Shown here: positions 1 to 12,433 of the stretch, in pieces
Numbering within the stretch: position 1 is the stretch's first letter
Layout: every line of letters begins with the position of its first letter
Assembly (NCBI GenBank): GCA_004431415.1
Contig: QPMI01000291.1
Coordinates: 1-64,000, forward strand
Length of the DNA stretch: 64,000 bases
Origin: Cyanophora paradoxa CCMP329
Lineage: Eukaryota > Plantae > Glaucophyta
Reading direction: 5' to 3'
Notes under the pieces: generated by a model
Database searches by the model: none
The model's input: only the letters and a program-made list of their open reading frames with translations
Told to the model about the DNA's origin: nothing
Made by a program: the position numbers and the translations under genes

Positions 1-2264
1 GGGGATACGAGGGAGAAGCGCTCCGAGTTGAAGACTTCGTTCACCGCCGCGTCGCAGGCCCTGCGCAGGCATGCGGGCCCCAGGGCTCGGGCCGGCGCCC
101 CCGGTGATCTGGGGGGTACCGCACCTCCGGGAGAAGATGAAGTAAATCGCTGGGAGCATATCGTGCTTCTGGAGCTGCGGGGGTACGGGCGTGATGGGGC
201 GGGCGAGTGGATGGGAGAAAGCATGGGGGGTACGTTGGTCAGGACGGTGGTGACGCTGGGTACGGAGGCGTACAGCGCCCGCTTCCGTTCCGCCTCCGAC
301 ATCCTGCGGCGAAAGCAGCGCGTGAGGCTCAAAGTAACAGAAGCGGAAGGGCCGGAGCGGGTGCCGGGGGGGGGGGGAAGGGGGTACCGCAGGCGCCGGA
401 ACTTGGAGCGCGAGTCCTCGACCTCGTCCTCGTACCCCCCGCGGCCCGAGCGGCGGCCGCCCTTCCGCGCGGATCTGCACCCCGGGTGGGCCGAGGATGG
501 GGTACGCGAGGAGGGAAAAGTGGGAGCACACCTCCGCTTGTTGATGTCCTCTTCGATCTCGACGGGGTCCACTTTCAGCTTCGGGTTCATCTTGTCGCCG
601 GACTGCGCGGCGGGGGGTATGGGTTCGGGGAAGATTCGAAAGAGGGAGGGGGGTGCCCGCCTTGTTGAGGAGGGGAAGGATGCCGCGGCGGCGGTCGCAG
701 AAAGAGAACTGGAGGGGGACGGGGCTGGGAGGGGGTACGCGTCGGACGGAGGTGCGGTGACCCGGAGCGAGGGACGGTGGGGGTACCGGTTGCTGGTGGT
801 GACGAGCTCGGTGGGGCCATGGACCGAGTCAATCCACGCGGTCAGCTGCAGGGCGGTCAGAGGGGGTACAGCAGGAGTCGAAGGGGGGTACGGGGCGCGC
901 CTGGTCGGAGTTGGCCATGGTGGCGGAGAGGGCTACGAGGAGGATGTTGCGGGGGGTGTAGATGACGGACTCCTCCCACACGGTACCCCGCTGGGGGTCG
1001 TTCTGCAGGACGTGGTTTGCGCCGAAAGGGAAAGGAAAGGAAAGGAAAGGAGGGGTACCATGAAGTGGAACTCGTCGAGGACGACCGCGTGCAAGTCCAA
1101 GAGCAGGTCGCTGACCTGCGGCCCGCGGGTTCGGATCCGGGTGGGGCCGGTTCGAGCGGGGGAGGGCGGGGGGCGGCGGGGGGCGCGCCTCGCCGATGGG
1201 GGTGGCGGTTCGAGTCCCGTAGAGCATATTTCGGTAGATTTCGGTCGTCATGACCAGGATGGGGGCGTCCCGGTTGATGCAGACGTCTGCCGGGGCGGCT
1301 CAACCCTCCAGGCGGGGCGGGGAGGGCAGGGGCGGGGCGGGGAGGGGCGGGGCGGGCGGGGGACGGGAGGGGGGTACGGAGCTCACCGCCGGTGACGAGT
1401 CCGACGTTCTCGTACCCGAACTGTTCGCGGAAGTCGCGGAGCTTCTGGTTCGAGAGGGCCTTGAGGGGCGTCGTGTAGAAGACGCGGCGCCCCAGCGCCA
1501 GCGCCTGGTAGATTGCGTATTCCCCGATGACCGTCTGGGCCCCGCCTCAGGAAGGATACAGCTTCGAAGAGGCGCCACGAAGGGGGCGGCGGACAGACCT
1601 TGCCGGCGCCGGTGGGGGCGGACACGACGACGTTCTTCATCCTGTACATGGCGCTGAAGGCCTGCAGCTGGAAGTCGTCCAGCTCGAACGGATAGAAAGA
1701 CACGAACGTCTCCTCGTTCGCCTTCACGCCGCTCTTCCGCATCGCCAGCAGCACGTTGATCGCTGCGGGGGGGCGTCCCTAAGAAAAGGCCGCGGCGCGG
1801 GGCGGCGGTCGGCGCGCACCAGTGACGTAGTCCTTCGCGTAGACCGCGCGCCGGATGAGGGCGTTGTAGAACTCCACGTCCATCGCCTTGAGCGGGTCCT
1901 GCAGCGGCTCGGACGCGGCCTGCGGCTCGACCGCATCTGACGGCTCGGCGGCGACACCGCCATCCAGCGCGCACGCGAAGCGCGTGGGCTGCAGTGCCCC
2001 TCGACCGCTGGGGCTGACGAGCCGGCGGAGTGCAGCGCTTCCGGCAGGACGAGCCGATGACGGCAGGAACGACCAGGGCCGCGATAGCCAGCTCCGGAAG
2101 TGGTACTGGCGCGTGCGGAGCGCTATCCGAGCTCCGCTGCTCGCGGCCGAAGCTGGGGGCGCGTGCGCAAGTGGCTGTCGGGTCGCGTTGCTGTCTGCCG
2201 CCCAGCGCGCTACCGTAGCCGGTGCGCACAGCGGCAGCGCCGCGAAGGCCGATCCGCTTGACAT
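1..2264 (-). CDS. Ski2-like DExH-box RNA helicase (ISE2/HelY-like), probably plastid-targeted; multi-exon, 3' part runs off the window start
   Basis: Spliced exons give [13 protein letters not shown]...[11 protein letters not shown] (motif I), [12 protein letters not shown] (Ia), [11 protein letters not shown] (Ib), [20 protein letters not shown] (II) and LSATMAN (III). The likely start at 2264 gives [11 protein letters not shown]..., a transit-peptide-like N-terminus. Confidence 0.9.
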
Positions 2265-2457
2265 CCGCCCGCCGAATCGAACTTTTGCAGCAGTACCCTG
2301 GCCCGAAGCTTCATTGCTTCCGCCGACGAGTTCTAGGCTTCCAAGCAACAGCAACATGGTCTGAGCAGGTGCGCAAACGGGGCCGGGGCACGCGGAGTGC
2401 GTCCTGAGTGGCTGCGAGTAAAGGGCCCGTCGCGCGGCGGCCTCCTGCGGCTTCGCA

Positions 2458-2921
2458 TGAGGGTCTGTTTCTCCGCTAGTTTCCCGTTTGGCGCGGCGCC
2501 TGCGTGCCCGGGCAGCCCTCTAGACGACCTGTTTCTCGGCCCAGCCCAGCAGCGGTTCCCTAGCGGCTTAGCACTTGGAATACGTAGTTTACTCGTCGAG
2601 CGATGGGCCGCTCTGAATCTCCTCCGTTTGCGCAGCGTGCTACGTCTACATCCTCATCGCGGTGTGTGCCATCGCCTTCAAGGCTTCCTCCCCGGCCGGT
2701 CGTCCCGTGCCCACGCGCCTGCGCAGGTGTTCTGGAAGATGTTTGAGTACTTCTTCGGCCAGCCGGAGAAGCAGGCTCAGCAGGCCCAGGGCGCCGCGGG
2801 GGGAGGTGGACGGGAGTTGGAGGCGGAGAAGGCGCGCCCGCTGCTGGTCGATTCCAGCGGGGCGGTGCACGCGGACGAGGACGACGAGCAGGAGGACGTC
2901 GCGTGCAAGAAGAGCAAGTGA
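2458..2921 (+). CDS. Small putative membrane protein (spliced; 5' end uncertain)
   Basis: Exons CYVYILIAVCAIAFK | VFWKMFEYFFGQPEK...DVACKKSK* are joined across a GC-AG intron, giving a hydrophobic segment followed by an acidic tail. Confidence 0.4.
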
Positions 2922-3297
2922 TAAGCGTGCCCAGCGCGGAGCGGGCGCGCGGGATCGCCCGGCGGAGCGTTCATGACCGCGGGCCTTAAAGCCGGTTCTC
3001 ACGCCGGAACGGCCCAGCGCGACACGCGGGGGCAGCCTTCGGCGCCCCCTTGCCTCCCCGGTCGCCCCGCAGCGCCTGCACCACGCCAGGCCGCTTCATG
3101 CCTTGCATATGTATAATGGACACTTTCACGTTTCCCGCCTCTCGCGTTTCCCGCTTCTCGCGTTCGCAGCGGTTGTTTTTTAGATCTGGCATGGCATGAT
3201 TTACAATATTTAATAGCTATAGAGCTGGTCGATCTAGAATCTAGCTATAGACCGAGGGGGAGCCTTCTAGGTCGTGATTGCAGGGCGGGCGAGGGCG

Positions 3298-4785
3298 TCA
3301 GCTTCTCCTTCCCGTATCCAGCTCCTTCTCCGTGTCGCAGCCGTACCCGAAAATGTACGCCTGCCCCGATAAAAAAAGCGTGAGGGGGAGGGGGTAGAGG
3401 AAAATGGGTACACTGTGCACTCGCCTTCCGAAGAAAACCGCTCCAGTCGTTGGCCGCCTCGTCCGCAGTCGCCTCGCGCCCGCCCTCCACCTCCGGCCCC
3501 CTGACAGCGATTGTGAGCGGGGTACGATCTAATTTCTCGCCGGGGGAGTACGTCCGCACCCAAAGTCCTCGCCGTCGCTGTAGTAGTCGTCAAGGAGGCT
3601 GCCTGAGATCGTGCACTGCGGGAGGGATCAGGAGGGGGCGCCGGGTACGGGAATTCAAGAGGGGGTACCACGAAGGAGCTGGCATCCTCGGAGACGGTCT
3701 TCGAGTCGCAGAGGCGGCCGCAGCGGTGCACGCGGCCCGTCCCCTCGCAGACGTACAGGGGTACGAGCGCCGGCGGCGGGGCCTGCGGCGCGCGGGGCGC
3801 GTCGGTGGCGCGCCGACAGGGGGGGCCAGGGCACGGGAGACGGAGACGGACCAGGCAGCGGACGCGGCACTTGGCCCCGGAGCAGGCGTGCCCCGCGGCG
3901 ACGCGCGGGTCCTGCTTCGGGTGCGCTCGCCTCCACTCCTGCCCGCCCAGGTCAGGAAGGCGAACAGGGGTACAGGGGCGCGCCGGGGGCACGGGAGAGC
4001 GCGCGCCTGGATGACGGCCTCCTCCTCGTCGGGGTCGGAGCCGGGGCTCCCCTCGGGGCTCCCCGCGCTGGCGCGGCGCATCTCGTCCATCTCGCGGAAG
4101 CAGCGCGCCGTGCGGGGGGAGAGCCCCTGCTCCGCCGCCTCCCTCCGAAAGTCCGCCGTCTCCGCCGCGTACCTGGAATGGAAATCAGGGGGCGAGAGAA
4201 AGGGCGGCGGGAGGGTCGAGGGGCGCCGGCGTCGAGCGCGGCGCACCGGTCGCTGAAGAGGCGGCGCCAGGTCATGGAGGCCTTCCTGTGCTGCTCCTGC
4301 GCCTCGGAGAAGGACTCGTCGGGCCAGCGGCGGCGGTAGACCCCCGTCCAGAGCGCGTCGGTCGTCGCGAGGGAGCGCAGCGCCCGGCACGTCCCCGACA
4401 GCGCGACGAGCTCGCGGTAGTCGAGGCACGTCTGCGGCGTGAGGGCGTCGGCTCGGGGCTGGCAGCGCAGGCGCACGCGTCTACGCGGGCGCGGCAGATG
4501 AGGCGCACCAAAATCTTGAAGGCGATTTCCGTCGGCAGCGTATCGAGGGTCGCCTTCACGTTGTCGATGACATCGAGCTGCTCCTCTCCGGCATCGATCG
4601 CAGGCTCTGCGGACTGAAGACGACGCATCAGCAGCGCTCGAAGGGAGCCGCAGGAAACAACGCACGTTCTGCTGCTGATCCAGCGACTCTTCAATGTCGC
4701 GCGCGATGTCGTCCAGGTCGAGCTCCCCTGTCGATGCCGCTGATTCCGCATCGTCACCGTCGTCGTCCCGTTTCCGCTTGTTCAT
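3298..4785 (-). CDS. F-box protein, SKIP31-like, with a Cys/His-rich C-terminal domain; multi-exon
   Basis: F-box LDTLPTEIAFKIL|TCLDYRELVALSGTCRALRSLATTDALWTGVYRRRW. C-terminal LYVCEGTGRVHRCGRLC...CTISG and AYIFGYGCDTEKEL resemble plant SKIP31 (recalled similarity, not searched). Confidence 0.8.
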
Positions 4786-5038
4786 CCTTTTACTACTCTT
4801 TCCGCTGCGTTACGCCGCTCCTGGTCGCGGAATCGCCTGGTTTGCTAAGCGCTTCGCAGGACGGGTACGGGTGGCGAGACCAGCGCGGCATGCTCTTCGT
4901 AGGGCCGCCCGCGGCGCCGGCGCAGAGGCCTCCGGCGGCGCCGGGAGTCAATATCCGATCGATCTGGCGTTCCTCCGGCCGCCACAGGCTTGTTTCTGCC
5001 CGCCCGACGCACGGCCGGGCACGCGCCGTCGACGGACG

Positions 5039-7686
5039 ATGCCGCTTCGAGGTGCACGCGTTCGACGGCTTCAACTTCGGTAGTAAGTTCGAGCCCCGCC
5101 CGGCCGCGGTCTTATCCGATAATGACTGGGCCGCCCATCGGCGCAGCTCTCGCAAGCTTCATTGTGCGCGTCGGCCCTCATGCTGAGCTGGATTCTTGCC
5201 TCACGCACTCGCCACCCCGCAGAACAGCACAGTGCTGGTTACGGCTGCGACGGTCAGATCGCCCCTTCGAAGCGCAGAGCGGCGTCAGTCGCCGCTTTCG
5301 CTGACTCCGGCCGCCCCATTCAGATTCTCTTCGATCAGGTACGTTGGCTGCACGCGCCGGTCTTGCGGCGGTTCCGAGCTGCGCATGCCCGCGCACCGCG
5401 GCCGCGGCCCGCCGAACCTTCCAGCTTAGCTACGCTGACCGTCCGGCGGCGGCGCGCAGTACAACCGGGCCCAGCAAGAGAAGAAGAACAAGCGAACGTT
5501 CTACGTAGAGGTCGGACCCGGCGGCGGCCCCGGGCCGCGCTTCGCGCCCCGCCTGGCCGCCTGATCGAATCCCGCCCGCGCCGCAGAACGTGCGGGCGCA
5601 GCTGCAGAAGCGCTTCGAGGTAACGGAGTTCTCCCACACGCGCCTGCCCCTCCTCCAGCGGCCCGAGATCCTCGAGTTCCAGGAGTCCGCGCACCGTACC
5701 CCCTCCAGCGATTCGCCGTACCCCGGCCAACCCCGCCGCCCCGAGCGCAGGGACATGAGGAGTAGCGGGCGCGCCTTCACGCTCATCGTCGGCCCCTCCC
5801 GCTCGGGAAAGAGCACCACGCTCCTCGAGGCCGCCAACGGCCTGCAGGGGTACGCCGTCTCCGCCGATGACGCGTTGTGGTACCCCGGGGACCTTCGGAT
5901 CGAGATCAACGTGCCCCCGCAGGGTCATCTACATTAACTTCCGATACGAGGGTGCGCGTGCGCGCGCCTGCGCCTGCGACGCTGGAGCCGAGGACGATAG
6001 GGGACATTCCGCTCGTAGTCCGCGCCGCCCCTCAGGGACGCCCCCCGACGCGGCGCGGCTTCGGGCGCAGGGTTCGAGTACGAGGAGGCGGATTTCTGCA
6101 GCTTCATCGGGGACTGCTTCGGCCTCGGCGGCTCCCAGCTCACCGAGCGTGCGCCGCGGCTCGGGGGCGGGGGGGGGTAGAACTGTAGAGCCCGGCCCGA
6201 CGCCTCGGCGGCCTCAGGTGAGGCTCGGAAGCTGATGAGCATCCTGCGCGAGGTCCTCGTCGCGTTCCGCGCAGAGGGCCGCATCGTCCCGGGTACGCGT
6301 TTCGCTTTAACTTTCCCCCGCGCGTCGTCCCCCCCTGCCTCTCCGGCCCCCTCCCGCGCCCCTTACGCCGCCTCCCCCGCAGTGATCATCATCGACGACG
6401 TCCAGAAGCGCATGAAGCGGGGTGGCGTCCCTGTACCCCGCCCTGTTCTCCCCCCCCCCCCCGCCTTGATCCCCCCCCGCCAGGGGAGTTCGACGCGGCG
6501 ACGGGGAACCTGCTCGAATGCCTCCTGCAGATGACCGTCGACGGCCTCTGCCAGGCGCGTACCCCCGCCGCTACCGTGTACCCCGTCTTACTGTATACCC
6601 CGGGCCCCAGGTCTTCTGCGTCTCAAGCACGCTGGACGTCGTCAGCGCCCTCCGCAAGCGTGCGTACCCCCGGAATGGGAGCGGGTACCCCCATCCGGGC
6701 GGGGCCGGGCCGATCCGGCCGGGTACGTCCGCAGTCTCGGGCTTCAGCCGCCTGAAGGTCCGAGAGCTCCCGTACCGGCCTCTGGACGAGGTCCGGCGGT
6801 GCGGGCCTGCGTGTACCCCCTCGAACTCCTCCCCCTTCCCCTCGTCAAGCCAAACGCAGGTACGTCGACGACGTGTGCAAGGCGCCTAGGAGGCAGGCGG
6901 CGCGGCTGCCGGCGGCGCAGCGGCCCCTGAAACTCGACGACTCCGAAGTCGAAGACCTGCTCGACGTCGTCGGAAGGCGCGCCGCCGTACCCCCGGCGGC
7001 CTTCTTCCCCCTCGTTCGCTCGCTCACGTACCCCCCGCAGCAACCTGGGGGACCTCGCGTGCTGCCTCGAGGACGTCATGCTCGAGCGGAACCTCTACGG
7101 TGCGGCGCCGCTGTACCCCCCATCCCGCTTCTTCCCCCCGCCCCGCTCAAGCCAGTTCCACGTACCCCCAGTGGCGCTGGACGCGATGGTCGAGGACGCG
7201 GCTTCGACCCTCCGCTCGGCCATTCTGCAGCCCGCGACGCTGCAGGGTTCGCGTTCGACGCGGCCGCTCCGGTCCTGTACCCCTCCCCTTCTCCTTACTC
7301 CCCCTCTTCCCTTTGCAGAGGATTGGGAGGCGTGGGGGGCCACTACCGTCACGATCCTGGTACCCCCAGCCCCGGGCCCGCGCCCAATCTCGCCCCCTGC
7401 AAACTCAAAGCTCGAGCTTACACGGGGCGGGGCGGCAGCGGCGGCTGAGCCAGCCCGGGGTGGACCGGCTCCTGGTCTCGGACCTGGGCCAGGAGGTGAT
7501 GGGCCTCGACCTGCCGCCCGACGAGCGCGCCGACCGCTGCCTCGTGCCCCGCCCCCAGGCGCGCCCCTCCCGCTGCGCTTTCTTCAGTCGCCTGACGCCG
7601 TAACGCTCCCGCGCAGTTCGCGGCCTGCGTGCAGAGCCTCGTCCGGCAGAACATCCTGCTGTACCTGGTGCGGTACCCCCTTCCCC

Positions 7687-7717
<31 letters not shown>

Positions 7718-8088
7718 TCCTGCAGCTGCTCCCCCCACTCCCCGCCGCTGTCTGCATCTGACGCCCCGCCACCCGGCGCTGCCCCGCAGGACAGCTCCCG
7801 CCGCTCGCTGGGGTGGCACGCCCGCCGCTTCAACGCCGCAGCCGTCCGCGTTCTGACGGTACCCCATCCACGAGCCCCTCGAATTCTGCACCCGGCCCCT
7901 GAAACCAATCAACCGGTACCCAGGACGCGGACGTGGTGGCGTACACGGACGTGCTGGCGCACGCGTACCCCCACATCGAGACGCTGGGGGCGGAGCTGGA
8001 CTGCGGGGAGGATTACTGCACGCTCTCGCCCGGGCCGGAGGACGAGGAGGCCGACTCGGAGCCGGACGAGGGGGGCGACCGGGGGTGA
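5039..8088 (+). CDS. P-loop NTPase (AAA/archaeal-ATPase-like) domain protein; multi-exon, start uncertain
   Basis: Walker A TLIVGPSRSGKST (~5780-5820), then VIYINFR, and Walker B VIIIDDVQK (~6382). The last exon ends ...DEGGDRG* at 8088. Confidence 0.65.
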
Positions 8089-9066
8089 CCGCGGCGTCGG
8101 GCCCGGCCCGGCGGCCCACAGCTCTCAGAGTCGACGTCTCTCTCTTAGTTTATAGTAAATATCTAGTATAAGTAGGCCCGTAGCTAGTAGATTATGGCCC
8201 TTTTATGGGTCACCATCCATATGGCACAAAATACTTATTGATGGCGAGCGATCAACTTAAAGCTTGACGCACCCAAGCATTAGCTGCATTACGTATACGG
8301 CCGCGGGCAATCGGACAATTCATCTGATGAATGCAGGCGCTTGCGATTGCAGCTGATTTTCACATGAATTTCTGATTTATGGGAGAGTCGAAACAAAAAA
8401 GGCAAGCAGTTAGTTTCGGGGGCTCAACATGAAAACTTAGGCGATAGCTTGCTGAAATGGCGCGGATACTACCGGATAGACGAGGTTACCCTGGAATTTA
8501 CCCATTCGTCTTCTCCGGTTAATTAATTAATCTTGAAAGGGGTACGCCGTAGAACTGCCTGAATGTGAGCGCCGAGTCGCCGATCGCGAGTCGACGCCGA
8601 CTCAGCGGGTAGTATTCGGTCTAAATTTGCCCACGTTTTCTCCCACGTGAAAGTGGGTGGGCAACTCCGATTCATGAACGTGGTTTAAAGTTTCCCGATT
8701 CATGAAAGCGGAACTGTCAAGCTTGGGGCCCAACACGAAGTGTTGGAGGAGCCAGGGCCCAGAGGGCCTACTAAGCTAGCATTGCCTAGCAATAGCGCCC
8801 GGCGGCCCAGAGAAGACCGGAACGAGCCTTCACCTAGGCCGGCGCCCAAATTCAAAACTAGAGACCCACGCGTGCGCATGCTTGCTTCCTCTTGGCTCTT
8901 GCGTTTGGCGTTAACCGCACTGCGCAGTGCGCGCATCAACGGATCTAGCCTTGAGAGACCAGCTCCAGCGCACAAGCTAGCCCAGCAGCAGCTAGCTGCA
9001 GCCGCACGAGCTCGCGCTCGACTCCGAGGCTCATCGAAATCTAGAATGCGCTGGCGAAGCCTCGCG

Positions 9067-11794
9067 ATGAAGTCTACGTCTGGAGCCGCCGCACTGGGCG
9101 CGCTCCTCATCCTTCTACTGGGCGTCGCCCAGCGGATCCACGTTGCTTCCGCTGACTCGTTCACGCTCACGTGCGTCCGTTATGTGCTAGTACTGCGTAT
9201 GCGAGCGCGCGCCGGCGCCGGGCTAACGCTAGCCTAGCTATAGTATATCTATAGCTATAGATTACCATCGTACGCGAGTGAGATCTAGACTCTGAGATCT
9301 AGATCTAGAGCTGGCCCGGTGGCTACGAGGCAAACTACTAGGCTCAGCGGCTGGCGCTATGCATCTGTGCAGCCATGTATAAATGCGAACGCGCGCCAAT
9401 TGCAACGCCTCGCGGCTGCTCGAGCTCTCTCGCGCGCAGCGCCTTGCCAAGTTGCAAATTAATTTGCCTCGTATCCCTCCCTGATCATGCAAATCATCAT
9501 GATCATGATACGCATGCGTATACGTATACGTTCGCAGATTATTCAAGCACCCTTCTAGCTATAGTGACGCGGACTGTTCTGCTGGGAATGCAGTCACGGC
9601 AGCCGATCCCGCGACCGGGCTCTCTGCGGGGGTGAGTCCCCGCGGCCGGCCGGGCTCGTACGCGCGCCGATTGATATCACCGCCGGCGCCACTCTGCACG
9701 TGCGCAATGCGTATGAATATACGAATTCACTCTGGGCCCGGGGGTCGCAGCCCTACACGGTGGAATTCGCGACTGCAGTCTGCCTTAAGACCGCGGATTT
9801 TACGGTTAGCATGCGCATTTACGCGAGAATCAGATGTAGCAAGCTGTTCATGTCCGATGATCGGATCTCTGGTTATAATTGAATATATATATATATATTT
9901 ATATGCGCGCGCGCAGGTCAAAGACGCCACCGGGGCGATCGCGAACCAGAAGACTCGGGACGCTGTCGCCGGCGTCTTCAAGGGCGCCCTCGGCAGCCTC
10001 ACACTTCGTGCGAAGTCGATAAAGGTGCGTACGGTATACGTACCTATGTGTTCCAATCGCAAACTTGAAATTAAATGATATAACGCGCGCAGGCCGTCTG
10101 CTACGAGGACCGGCTGTTCGCTTCCGGCTTTGAAGACGAGACTTGCAGTAGCACGACGACTACAACGAGCACCAGTCTCTCCAGCGCAAGTGACGCACTA
10201 CTGGGGTCAGTACTCCACTGCTCTACAGCTAGCTATATCCGAGGTCCCGTGATCGTGATTGCACGTCTCTTCTGTGCAGTTATGGAGGCGGATCCCGATG
10301 CGCGCGCGTGCCTTATTCCAGCGCGGATTTCGGCGGCCTTGCCCTGAGCTTCAAGCTCACGTGCACCTCCTCCCGGACGCCGCCGGCGGCCTCGAGCCCG
10401 GGATATCTTCAACTCAAGTGCGAGCTGCAGATATTTACTCTTCCGACGTCGAGGTCGAGGCTCTTTTTAATCGGCCACTTTTTAAATTGTGCAGCTTGTT
10501 TCGCGTAAAAGGGGACGAGACGGCCCCAGCGGGCGGAGCTTGTACCTCTGCCTACGCCTTCACGCCGGACGATGTGAACAAGCTGAAGATGCCGGGCTCT
10601 CCTGTGAGTGCAGTATAATTCGATGATGCCGGCTGAAGATGCCGGCCTTTTCGATGCAAATGAATTCCACAATCAAGGATTGACATGACAGCCTGCAGCC
10701 GTGGTACTCTGTGTTTTCGTCTGAAACCTGCGTAAGCGGCACAGCCGAGCCGGTGCGCACCGTGCACGTGCCATAGATAAGAATTATATAATTATTTATA
10801 TATACGTTGAAATGCGCGTGCCATAATTCGTTAAATCTAATTTCCCCTTCGCAGGCATGGCTCGATTCTTCCCGCGCGGAGATCAAATTCAGCAGCGGTG
10901 GAGGTTTCTCTACGGGCAATGCTGGATCCGCTTATCAAAAGGTGCAGCCGCTGAGGCCAGCGTGCCGCGGAATCCATTAATTTAGAGCAAATGGTTTCTG
11001 TTTCCTGCAGGGTTTCTGCTCTGGTGACAAATATGTGATGGTTGGCTTTGCCGACTCGAGCTGCGCGACCCCCTACACCGTTCTCAACATTCCACTCGCC
11101 GTCATGTAAGTCAAGTTGATGTCGATCATATGCATGATCATCGGATACAATTGAATCCAAGCGCTAGCGTCGATCTCATTAATATATATTGCTGACCATT
11201 ATATGATTAATGTTGAATGTATCCCATGGCCAGGACGGGCGGTTCGGACAAGTGCGCTTTCGTCGCGAAGGATCCAGCCACGCAGTACAGCGTCTACGTC
11301 AACGCGGTCTGCAACAACGGAGCGATTCCTTCGCCATCTTCCGCATCCGGATCCGGTTCTGGATCCGCATCCTCGAGCTCGAGCTCTTCCGATTCCTCGG
11401 CCCTTGCCATCGGCCTCGGTGTCGGCCTCGGCGGGTGCGCTCCTTTTTCCCGCACAGCATACATCCCTTTTCCCCCAGCTGCAGTTTATTTTTTCATTTC
11501 AGCACACGCATAAATTCAAATAACTGAGTTCGAGTCGGTCTAGATCTGCAAGCGTGCCGCGGTGCAATTTCATTGACGATCCCCGCGCGATTCAGGGGCG
11601 CCCTCCTCATCGTCATCGGAGTTGTGGCCTACTTTATGGTCAAGAAGAAGCGCGAGCCGCGCCTCAGCACCGCGCCCAAGATGCCGGCGTCGTACGGGGC
11701 CCCCGCCCCCGCCCCGGTCGCGGGCCCCGCGCCTGGAGCTGCACCCCCGGCGGGGCAATCGCCGCCGGCCCCCGCCACGATTAACTTCTTCTAG
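9067..11794 (+). CDS. Type I membrane protein with signal peptide, Cys-containing ectodomain, Ser-rich linker, one TM helix and a Pro-rich tail; multi-exon
   Basis: Signal peptide MKSTSGAAALGALLILLLGVAQRIHVASA; [13 protein letters not shown] linker; TM LAIGLGVGLG|GALLIVIGVVAYFMV followed by KKKR; stop at 11794. Confidence 0.7.
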
Positions 11795-12433
11795 GCCTCA
11801 GATATTCTAGGCCCTGAGGGAGATAGACTAGATTTTATAGGTATACGTAGAAATCGATCAGGCAAAGAGACACATACATATCGATATCGAATTAATGTCA
11901 CTTTTATTAATGTCAATTTATGATCATGTAAATGTTTTTCAATCCTTCAAGGCATTTTTCTTGTACATGTTCACGTTCGTGTTGAGGCTCAGCGGCTCTG
12001 AGGCTCAGATTACAATCCGGCCGCGGGATCCCGCGATTCAATCGGTTCGTCATGATCAGCGGTTCGCCTCGAAGCAGCTGGAAGCCCGCGGCCTAGGCCA
12101 GAAAAAACAAATTATTAAATTTACTCGGATAGGTCCGGCCAGGCAGAAAGGGCCCACGCGAAGGCGTGCCGCGGCGTGGCCAGGCTGGAAAGCCGGGCTG
12201 AGAAGCCGGCTTCGACCTCGCGAGGCCGCGAGGTCGACGTCTCGCGATGGATCTGCCCCCCCTCCCCGCGCGAAGGCGCGCGGCCAGGCCCCCGGCTTCG
12301 ACGTCGCGAGGACCACATGCTCATCGAGACCACATGCTCATCGAGCTCGATCTCGATCGCGATATCTCGATCGAGTCTCGTTATCTCCTCTCACTCGAGC
12401 TCACGGGTACAGCAAGAAACACCGACCCGCAAC

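Noticed and set aside
28-1395. Long plus-strand ORF (455 aa), and the many similar R/G/P/A-rich ORFs across 1-58 kb
   Set aside because: These are antisense or off-frame shadows of real spliced genes in high-GC DNA, with no recognisable motifs.
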